A stretch of DNA of 10,330 bases. It comes from Chlamydiae bacterium RIFCSPHIGHO2_12_FULL_49_11. Its GTDB lineage: Bacteria > Chlamydiota > Chlamydiia > Chlamydiales > 2-12-FULL-49-11. The stretch covers positions 1 to 10,330 of the forward strand of contig MGLW01000006.1 of the NCBI GenBank assembly GCA_001794905.1, written 5' to 3'. Numbering within the stretch: the stretch's first letter is position 1; every line of letters begins with the position of its first letter. This document shows, one piece after another, positions 1 through 6,935 of the stretch. The notes under the pieces were generated by a model. The model searched no databases, had not been told where the DNA came from, and was given only the letters and a program-made list of their open reading frames with translations. The position numbers and the translations under genes are program-made.

Positions 1-444
1 ACCGTCGCGTTTTTTGCCAAATCGTCATCGAGCGCCCTGTCGAGGAGCATGGAACTGTCTACAAACACTCTTAAGATAGATGAGAGGCTGGTCCGATTTT
101 CCCTTCCCCTCTGCACGACAATCAATATGAACGGATGTGCTGCCTTTATCTTTCTTGCCCTCATGTTCAATTTTACCTCGTTCTTCGGTCCCGTCTCGTG
201 GGTTTCGATGATTTTGTGGTCTTTTGCTGCCACCGGCCTTGCGATGGGAAATGCCTCGATGCCGATGGGGTGCTTTTTTCTCTCATCCATGGTTCTCAGC
301 GCCTTCGGAATCGGAGACACCCTGATGGCGATGATTCTTCCCTTCTATGCCGTTCTCGATATGGTTGAGTCGGCCCTGAATGTCTGGTCGGACATCGTTG
401 TCACCCGGCTTGTTCACGAAGATTTGATTCCCGTTGCAGAATAA
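1..444 (+). CDS. Dicarboxylate/amino acid:cation symporter (DAACS/SDF family), 3' part; probably SstT-like neutral amino-acid transporter. 5'-truncated by the window edge
   Basis: Frame is open from base 1 (TVAFFAKSSSSALSRSMEL...). It shows the serine-rich HP1 motif, the TM7 motif PLCTTINMNG (cf. NMDG), and TM8 LDMVESALNVWSD (cf. DMxRTxxNVxGD). Confidence 0.9.
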   Translation, partial: TVAFFAKSSSSALSRSMELSTNTLKIDERLVRFSLPLCTTINMNGCAAFIFLALMFNFTSFFGPVSWVSMILWSFAATGLAMGNASMPMGCFFLSSMVLSAFGIGDTLMAMILPFYAVLDMVESALNVWSDIVVTRLVHEDLIPVAE

Positions 445-482
445 CTTTCGATCGGTACGATGAAGCTGACAGGACCATTTCC

Positions 483-788
483 ATGCAGCGTAAAATCATG
501 ATTTCCACTTCTTACTATGTCAAGCCGGGGAAAGAAGAGGAATTCAAGGAACTTTGGACGGAATCGGTCCAAAAAAATGCGTATCGCCATGGGGCAGAGA
601 TGGTGTCCCTTTTTTATAACAATGAAAAAGACGACTATTTTGCTGCGATTATATTTGGGAGCCACGCCCAGAGTGAAGCTTTCCTGAGTTCCGAAGAGTT
701 CAAACATGCGCTCCAAAAACTCACCCCGCTATGCCTCCTCCCCCCTTCCCGAGGGATGATGGAAGTGATGTTCGAAGCGGCTGCCTAG
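483..788 (+). CDS. Antibiotic biosynthesis monooxygenase (ABM)-like / dimeric alpha-beta barrel small protein
   Basis: 101 aa. N-terminal YYVKPGKEEEFKELW pattern and later HAQSEAFLSSEEFK helix are typical of ABM-fold proteins. AGGA lies upstream of the ATG. Confidence 0.65.
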   Translation: MQRKIMISTSYYVKPGKEEEFKELWTESVQKNAYRHGAEMVSLFYNNEKDDYFAAIIFGSHAQSEAFLSSEEFKHALQKLTPLCLLPPSRGMMEVMFEAAA

Positions 789-794
789 CCTAAT

Positions 795-1082
795 TTATAT
801 CCGAGTATCGTCGTCAGAATCGCCGGATGGTTGCTGCGGCTGGGAAGTGTTTCCTGAAAATCGTGACAGCACACTCATAGGGAGCGCTTGTGGCGAAATA
901 CTTGGTATTTGGATATTTGCAACTACTTGGCTGTAAAATGCTGCGGCTTTCGTTTTTTGGTGTCCTGCATAAACCCCGCGTAGTTTGAAAAAGAGCTCTA
1001 ATACGGTTTTTATCACATTCTCATAAGTATTACTGGTTGAATTATTTGAGGCAACAGGTTGTGAGGGTCCTACTGGCTGCAT
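795..1082 (-). CDS. Orphan 95-aa protein, candidate secreted effector
   Basis: Good RBS (AGGAG, 7 nt before ATG) and its own consensus promoter. S/N/P/Q-rich N-terminus, central amphipathic helix, acidic C-terminus ending DTRI. Confidence 0.75.
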   Translation of the reverse strand: MQPVGPSQPVASNNSTSNTYENVIKTVLELFFKLRGVYAGHQKTKAAAFYSQVVANIQIPSISPQALPMSVLSRFSGNTSQPQQPSGDSDDDTRI

Positions 1083-1110
1083 GAAATATCTCCTAGTTTA
1101 TTATAAAGTA

Positions 1111-1139
1111 ATTATAACATAAATTTGATTATGGATCAA
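1111..1139 (-). promoter_or_regulatory. Sigma70/sigma66-type promoter for the 795..1082 gene
   Basis: Minus strand reads TTGATC-17 nt-TATAAT, with an extended -10 TG (TGtTATAAT). A second TATAAT lies at 1100..1105. Confidence 0.75.
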
Positions 1140-2023
1140 GTCGGGATATACTTATGCAGCCGTGGAATGGCGCCTGAGACGGCAACCAGGACTGCCCCTA
1201 CAATGAAGAGAATATCGGGAAAATTTCCAAAAGCGATGAGGTCGAAAAGACCCGAAAACACCACCGATAAATAGATAAGCGGCGCCACCTGGAATGGATA
1301 GGCTGAAGCATAGGAGCGGGCTTTAAAAAACTGGTTAAAGATCGACCCGAAAGCAATGAGACTGATGGCTATCCAGAAAAAGCTCGAGTCAAACTGGATC
1401 TGCGGCCCTTCAAAGGAAAGGGAAATAAGGTATACAAAAAACGAGACCACAGAAGAAAAGAAGAAAAAATAGAACAGATTGGTTTGTACCCTTTCTTCGT
1501 TTTGGCTCACTCCGAACAAAATCTGGGAAACACTCGAGCAAAATCCGGCCAAGATGCCCCACACGGCATTAAAATCAAACGTTTCTGCGGGTTTAAGGAG
1601 GATCACGATCCCGATAAATCCGATAAGGACTGCAGCCACCTCATAGGCTGAAATGCGGTGCCGATAGAGGAGCCGGGAGAGGAGAGGAATGTAAATCGGA
1701 GCGGTATTGAAGAGAGTGGTAGCGAGAAGGAGCGATCCTTTCTGAATGTAAATGAAAAGAAAAACTTGACCCAGAACAACAAAAATGGCTCTGACGATTT
1801 GGCGTACAATGTGTTCTTTCCTAACCCGGGGAAAAAAGATGCGATGGTAAAGAAAATAGGGAATCATGAACAGGAAAGGGATAAAAAATCTAAAAAACAC
1901 GATCGAGAGCGCGGGAATCTCGGTCATAAGAAATTTTGCAAACAAAGTAAAAAGCGACAGAGCGAGAGAAGAAAGAGACATATAGCCATACGCCCTCTTC
2001 AAGTCGATCTGTTTCGTTGTCAT
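1136..2023 (-). CDS. EamA/DMT-family (drug/metabolite) transporter
   Basis: About 10 hydrophobic segments in two EamA repeats, with motifs IVFFRF, LFNTAPIYIPLL, IGFIGIVILLKP and APLIYLSVVFSGLFD. Start placed at ATG 2023 (MTTKQ) rather than the alternative start codon at 2056. Confidence 0.9.
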   Translation of the reverse strand: MTTKQIDLKRAYGYMSLSSLALSLFTLFAKFLMTEIPALSIVFFRFFIPFLFMIPYFLYHRIFFPRVRKEHIVRQIVRAIFVVLGQVFLFIYIQKGSLLLATTLFNTAPIYIPLLSRLLYRHRISAYEVAAVLIGFIGIVILLKPAETFDFNAVWGILAGFCSSVSQILFGVSQNEERVQTNLFYFFFFSSVVSFFVYLISLSFEGPQIQFDSSFFWIAISLIAFGSIFNQFFKARSYASAYPFQVAPLIYLSVVFSGLFDLIAFGNFPDILFIVGAVLVAVSGAIPRLHKYIPT

Positions 2024-2118
2024 TTTTTTTTGCTCGCAGTAACTTAATCGTAGCACAAAAATGAATTTTCATGCTAGAATCTGGAGAATTTTAGCTATAA
2101 GGAAGGCCGGCTCAGCGA

Positions 2119-3612
2119 ATGATTGGAGCAATTGTAAAAAAGTTTTCCAATTTAAAAGACAATGTATGGCCATTTTCCCGAATTGATTTTAAAAAAATCC
2201 TACCCCTGCTTCTGATAAAATTTCTCGCCTCCCTCATCTATACCATTCTGACAAACATGAAAGACACCCTCAATATCACCGCCAAAGGGGCGGGAGCGGA
2301 AATCATACTCGTTTTGAAAGGATGGGTTGTCTTGCCCATTGCGATGATCGTTGCCGTCATTTTTTCAAAATTGTCCGGCTACTACTCCAAGAAAAAAGTA
2401 TTCTATATCATGCTCTCCGGCTTTCTTGGAGTGATTGCCCTCTACGGTTTTCTCTTCTATCCGTTCCAAGACTTTTTTTTACCCCACGCGTCTGCCGATA
2501 AACTCACGGCCCATTTCGGTCATAAGTACGAACACTGGATCTCCGTATATCGCAACTGGATTCACGCAATCCTCTTCGTCACTGCGGAACTGTGGGCCAG
2601 CGTCATGATCCTTCTCCTCTTTTGGGGGCTTGCCAACGACGTTTCGACCGTGGCTGAGGCCAGAAAATCATATAACATTTACATCGCTGCCGGCGATATT
2701 GCCGCTTTTTCCGGCGGGATGCTCATCTGGAGAATCACCACTTGGCTTAGGCCGGTATCCTTCATCTACACCGTCGAAACCCTCATCATACTTGTCCTGG
2801 CAGCAGGCCTTTCCATCATGGCTATTTACCGTTACATGGAAAAAAATGTCCTGACCGATTCCCAACGAGCCATCATCCACACCCCTACCAAAAATGCGAA
2901 AAAGGAACGGATCACTCTCCGAGAGAGCATTCGCCATCTACTCCGCTCGCGCTACCTTCTGGGAATCGCCGTTCTGGTCATCAGCTACGGACTCTGCATC
3001 AGCCTTGTGGAAGTAACGTGGAAAGAAAGTGTCCGCGTCCTGTTCCCTAAATCTGCTGATTATCAAGCGTTTACATCTAGAGTCCAGTCGATGGTGGGCC
3101 TCTTTGCGTTCCTCATCTCCGCCTTTTTCGGATCGGCCATCATCCACCGGATTGGTTGGCGCCTTTCCGCCCAAATTACCCCCTTCCTGGTAGGGATCAG
3201 CGGCTTTGTCTTCCTTGCAGCGGTATATTTGCAACAAAACTGGGCCTCTTTCCTCCATATTGATACGATAAGTTTCCTTACCGTCATTGTGTTCTTCGGT
3301 GCGTTCCAGAATGTGGCCAGTAAGGTATGCAAATACTCGTTTTTTGACCCCACCAAGGAAATGGCTTTCATTCCTCTGGACCAGCAATCGAAAACTTTAG
3401 GCAAGGCAGCTATCGACGTGGTCGGCTCTCGCCTCGGAAAATCGGGAGCTTCCTGGATTCAAATCATTTTTTTAGATCTCATCGGTAACGGCAGCATTTT
3501 TTCCATCGTCCACATCCTCATGCCGATCGTCTTCATTGCCACAGTAAGCTGGATGCGGTCCGTCCGCACCTTGAGCCATGAATTTGAAGAAGCCCGTACT
3601 GAAAAGCTTTAG
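2119..3612 (+). CDS. NTT/Tlc-family nucleotide transporter (ATP/ADP translocase family; substrate not assignable)
   Basis: 497 aa, polytopic membrane protein with family motifs LKGWVVLP, AELWAS, FWGLAN, LVEVTWK, KYSFFDPTKEMAFIPLD and GKAAIDVVGSRLGKSG. Confidence 0.95.
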   Translation: MIGAIVKKFSNLKDNVWPFSRIDFKKILPLLLIKFLASLIYTILTNMKDTLNITAKGAGAEIILVLKGWVVLPIAMIVAVIFSKLSGYYSKKKVFYIMLSGFLGVIALYGFLFYPFQDFFLPHASADKLTAHFGHKYEHWISVYRNWIHAILFVTAELWASVMILLLFWGLANDVSTVAEARKSYNIYIAAGDIAAFSGGMLIWRITTWLRPVSFIYTVETLIILVLAAGLSIMAIYRYMEKNVLTDSQRAIIHTPTKNAKKERITLRESIRHLLRSRYLLGIAVLVISYGLCISLVEVTWKESVRVLFPKSADYQAFTSRVQSMVGLFAFLISAFFGSAIIHRIGWRLSAQITPFLVGISGFVFLAAVYLQQNWASFLHIDTISFLTVIVFFGAFQNVASKVCKYSFFDPTKEMAFIPLDQQSKTLGKAAIDVVGSRLGKSGASWIQIIFLDLIGNGSIFSIVHILMPIVFIATVSWMRSVRTLSHEFEEARTEKL

Positions 3613-3636
3613 GTTAATGACGAAAACGGGTATAAT
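3608..3636 (+). promoter_or_regulatory. Putative promoter for the desaturase (possibly near-leaderless)
   Basis: Perfect TATAAT at 3631..3636 and weak -35 TTTAGG at 3608..3613 with a 17-nt spacer. ATG is only 8 nt after the -10 box. Confidence 0.45.
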
Positions 3637-3644
3637 AGACTTAT

Positions 3645-4790
3645 ATGAAAATCTTGAAGTTCCTAAAATCCATTAATTGGCCGTCTACAATCTTTATCAT
3701 TGGTTATCATTTACTTATGATTGGGCTCGCCCCCATTTATTTCCTCTTTTTCCCCTTTTCGTGGCCCCTCTTCTGGATATCATTTACCCTTTTTTACCTC
3801 TCCGGTCTGAGCATTACGGTCGGTTATCACCGCTATTTTGCGCACCAAACATTTAAGACAAATCGGTTTATAGAAGCGATCCTCCTCTTTTTCGGCACCC
3901 TTGCCATCCAAGGGAGCGCCCTCCGCTGGTCTCACGACCACCGGATTCACCATGCCTTTATTGACAAAGACGAGGACCCTTACACCGTCGTGCGCGGCTT
4001 TTGGCATGCCCACATCCTCTGGATTTTCCGAAAGCAGAAGCCGATTCAAGAAAAAGTGGTCAGCGACCTTAGGCGCAATAAGCTCGTCAATAACCAGGAT
4101 AAGTATTATGTTGTCTGGATCGTCGTCCTCAATGTCCTTGTGACCCTCGGCCTCGGTTTTTTGACCGGAAGTTATTTCGGCGCTTTTGTGATCGGCTTTT
4201 TAGGCCGCCTCTTTTTCCTTCACCACTTCACCTGGTTCATCAATTCCCTTGCCCACTACTGGGGCCACCAAAACTACTCGACCGAGCATACCGCCGTTGA
4301 CAATTACCTCCTCTCCATCCTCACCTTCGGCGAAGGATATCACAATTACCACCATACCTTTGCCCAAGATTACCGCAACGGCATCCGATGGTTTCACTTC
4401 GACCCGACCAAGTGGATCATTTGGCTCCTGGAAAAGTGCCGCCTTGCTACCGGCCTCAAGCGGGCAAACGGGCTCAAAATTTCGGAAAAGATGCTGCTGG
4501 AGCACAAAAAGGTTTTGCTCGAAAAAGTGTGCACGCATTTTGCCCATAAAAAAGAAGCGTTTGAAGCGGCTATCAGCGAACACATCGACAAGCTTGTCGC
4601 CAAGGCAAAACGCATTCACGATCTTTCCAAGGAATACGAAAAAGCGAAACGACAAAAATGGGCCGACACTTTAGGTGATCTCCGCTTGGAAATCCGGACA
4701 ACCAAGAAACACTTTCAAGAATCGTACCGCGCCTGGAAACGGTTCTCCAAATCGGTCATGAAACTTCAACCCGTTGAACTTCCCGTCTAG
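3645..4790 (+). CDS. Membrane fatty-acid (acyl-CoA/acyl-lipid) delta-9-type desaturase with C-terminal helical extension
   Basis: Three His boxes (GYHRYFAH, HDHRIHH, GEGYHNYHH), plus INSLAH and DYRNGIRWFHFDPTKW typical of OLE1/SCD/DesA-like enzymes. Confidence 0.95.
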   Translation: MKILKFLKSINWPSTIFIIGYHLLMIGLAPIYFLFFPFSWPLFWISFTLFYLSGLSITVGYHRYFAHQTFKTNRFIEAILLFFGTLAIQGSALRWSHDHRIHHAFIDKDEDPYTVVRGFWHAHILWIFRKQKPIQEKVVSDLRRNKLVNNQDKYYVVWIVVLNVLVTLGLGFLTGSYFGAFVIGFLGRLFFLHHFTWFINSLAHYWGHQNYSTEHTAVDNYLLSILTFGEGYHNYHHTFAQDYRNGIRWFHFDPTKWIIWLLEKCRLATGLKRANGLKISEKMLLEHKKVLLEKVCTHFAHKKEAFEAAISEHIDKLVAKAKRIHDLSKEYEKAKRQKWADTLGDLRLEIRTTKKHFQESYRAWKRFSKSVMKLQPVELPV

Positions 4791-4791
4791 G

Positions 4792-5880
4792 CTAGGTTTT
4801 CTTCTTCCTTGGCTTTCCTCCTGCCGGCGCCTGCGGCATTTTTGCAAGCGGAAACGAGGTGGCCGTTTCGAATTCTTCACCGGATGATCCGGAACCATTT
4901 GCAGATTGCGGACCTTCCGTTGCCGGCTCCTCTGAAGCGGCTTCCTTTTCCTCTACAACCGTTAGCACGGAAGCAGCAACTTCACCATTTCCGAGCAAGC
5001 TCTCTCCCTCTACAGACGGGACAGGGGATAACACGGAATCGGCTGCTACTGATTCCTGTATAGGAGGGGCGCCGCTGTCCTCTGCTGTGGACGAAGAGGA
5101 AGCGCCGTTACTTGTTGCAACTCCTGCCGGAAGAGGCAAAGAAGATCCATCCTCTTCTCCTTCCATTCTAGCCGCCATAACATCCAGCAATGCTAAGAGT
5201 TCCTTCCTGGACTGTTCGGAAATTGCTACCACTTCTTCCCTCTCAAGCGAGGTCTCGGTTGGCCAAAATATGTCCCTCACATAACTCACCACCGATTTTG
5301 CAGCAGCAAGAACTTTACCTCCCACGATACTCAGCGTACCCAAATTCACATGCCTCCGAAGCCGGGCAATATCAGCGCGAGTTGCAACACCTGCAACAAT
5401 TTCATTCGGATTGATCCCGTCCCGTTTACAACTCGTAAAAAAATGAGTGCGCAGAGCAGGATGTGTTGCGAAGTGCACCATCTGGGCAGATAGACGCTCG
5501 CGCGCCTGGGCATGCAATAAAGTGGCCGCTTGCATTCTGGCAAATAAATCTTCAAAAAATCCGGCATCTTCATCATGTTGCTTTTTGCCGCACTCTCTTA
5601 ATTGGCCAACTTCCGAATCGTACTTCTCTAGTTGTTGCACAGTAATAGAAGACCATTGGGTCTGAATCCTGGGAACAGTATTATCCAAAAAAGCAGTCTG
5701 GCTCGCAAATTCCCGTTGCACGGCAATGATGCGATCGGTAGCTTGCTGGGCAAATATGCAATAAATATCCACAGCGCTTCGAACTTGCTGATCGGAAATG
5801 CTTCTTGCGCCGCTACCAGATACGCTCGGAATTGAGCATTCGGAATTGTTTCTTGCACTACTTTCTGGAACAGGTTGCAT
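4792..5880 (-). CDS. Orphan 362-aa helical/low-complexity protein, candidate secreted effector
   Basis: Start re-assigned to ATG 5880 (MQPVPESS), preceded by GAGAGG. The longer 6039 start would overlap the divergent gene and is AT-rich intergenic-like sequence. Helical core, long Ser/Glu/Ala-rich disordered tail, ends KPRKKKT. Confidence 0.8.
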   Translation of the reverse strand: MQPVPESSARNNSECSIPSVSGSGARSISDQQVRSAVDIYCIFAQQATDRIIAVQREFASQTAFLDNTVPRIQTQWSSITVQQLEKYDSEVGQLRECGKKQHDEDAGFFEDLFARMQAATLLHAQARERLSAQMVHFATHPALRTHFFTSCKRDGINPNEIVAGVATRADIARLRRHVNLGTLSIVGGKVLAAAKSVVSYVRDIFWPTETSLEREEVVAISEQSRKELLALLDVMAARMEGEEDGSSLPLPAGVATSNGASSSSTAEDSGAPPIQESVAADSVLSPVPSVEGESLLGNGEVAASVLTVVEEKEAASEEPATEGPQSANGSGSSGEEFETATSFPLAKMPQAPAGGKPRKKKT

Positions 5881-5923
5881 TTGTACCTCTCTTTTTATTT
5901 TGAGCAGTTTACACAGGGTTTTT

Positions 5924-5940
5924 ATTTTGTTAAACAAAAT
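5924..5940. promoter_or_regulatory. Palindromic candidate operator in divergent intergenic region
   Basis: ATTTTGTT-A-AACAAAAT is a perfect 8-bp inverted repeat with a 1-nt spacer, between two divergent starts (5880 and 5982). Confidence 0.35.
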
Positions 5941-5981
5941 TTCATTGTACTGAAAAAAAATGTTGCGGTAGTGTGCCAAGT

Positions 5982-6935
5982 ATGAAGTGTGCCCTCTTTT
6001 TTTTTCTTTGCTCAGGTACACTTGTCTTTGCCGTGGCACCTCCGATCCGGAATGAAACCGAAGTGATACACCCGTGGTTTACGGGACCTCTCCTCTCCAC
6101 TTCAGCCCACATCGTGACACGAGGGAACTTTAACCTGGAACCTTATTTTTTCGTCAATACCCAGTACGGAAAATACGATACTTCATGGCATTTGCAGAAA
6201 GGGCAGGACACCGAGCACAACCTCAATCTGCAGCTGTGGTGGGACATCGGACTATCCGACTTTTTACAGCTCATTATTGTGCCGCAATTTTTCTATAATT
6301 ACACCATGTCGACGCCCCAGTCGTCTTTTGCTTTTGGAGACCTCCGCCTCGGAATAGAGTGGATGCTCACGAAATCTACCGCATATCAGTTCGCTCTGAA
6401 ATTTGGAATTCTGGAAACATTTCCTACAGGCCAATTTGAACAGTTTGACGTAGGTGACACGACAGAGGGCGGAGGATCAGGATCGTACATCACCGAATTT
6501 CGTATTGCGACCGAACGGATGTGGCACCTCGGAGGCATCCACTTTCTCGATTTTCGCATCGTCTTGCTCACATTTCTATATTCTCATGTGCAGCTTCAAG
6601 GGAAAAACACCTACGGAGGCGATGCCACCACAAACGGCTGGATCAATCCCGGCGCCAATTTTAGCCTCCTTTTTTCAGAGCAGATTAGCATCACGCGCAA
6701 CTGGGCCATTGCGATGGATTGGATAAACACTTTTATCAGAACCGATACATTTAAGGGGACCACCGTCAAAGCGGTCGGCAATACCTCATGGCAATATCAG
6801 ATGAGCCTTTCACCTGCCCTGGAATACAATTTCAATCAAAATGCCGGGCTTATTTTCGGCTGCTGGTTTAGTCTCTTCGGCCGCAATGCTCCCGCTTTTG
6901 CCAATGCCGTCATCGCTCTGAATTGTTACCTTTAA
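5982..6935 (+). CDS. Outer-membrane beta-barrel protein, COG4313/Phenol_MetA_deg-like ('transporter')
   Basis: Signal peptide MKCALFFFLCSGTLVFA. PWFTGPLL N-terminal motif, NLEPYFF, FGDLRLG, FPTG and GSGSY motifs. Alternating amphipathic strands and an aromatic C-terminal strand (IALNCYL). Confidence 0.7.
   Translation: MKCALFFFLCSGTLVFAVAPPIRNETEVIHPWFTGPLLSTSAHIVTRGNFNLEPYFFVNTQYGKYDTSWHLQKGQDTEHNLNLQLWWDIGLSDFLQLIIVPQFFYNYTMSTPQSSFAFGDLRLGIEWMLTKSTAYQFALKFGILETFPTGQFEQFDVGDTTEGGGSGSYITEFRIATERMWHLGGIHFLDFRIVLLTFLYSHVQLQGKNTYGGDATTNGWINPGANFSLLFSEQISITRNWAIAMDWINTFIRTDTFKGTTVKAVGNTSWQYQMSLSPALEYNFNQNAGLIFGCWFSLFGRNAPAFANAVIALNCYL

Noticed and set aside
770-788. C-terminal EAAA of the ABM-like protein as an ssrA-like ClpX degron
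   Set aside because: Too short a match to distinguish from chance.
2023-2031. Homopolymer runs (T9 at the EamA start, and similar A/T runs near 5953 and 5997) as phase-variation tracts
   Set aside because: Runs of this length are frequent in this sequence and no frameshifted gene is evident.
5881-6039. 53-codon N-terminal extension of the 415-aa ORF in the ORF track
   Set aside because: Overlaps the divergent barrel gene and reads like AT-rich intergenic DNA. ATG 5880 has a good SD.
6910-6935. 26-nt 3' overlap of the convergent barrel and YheT genes
   Set aside because: Short tail-to-tail overlaps are common in compact genomes, and both proteins look complete.
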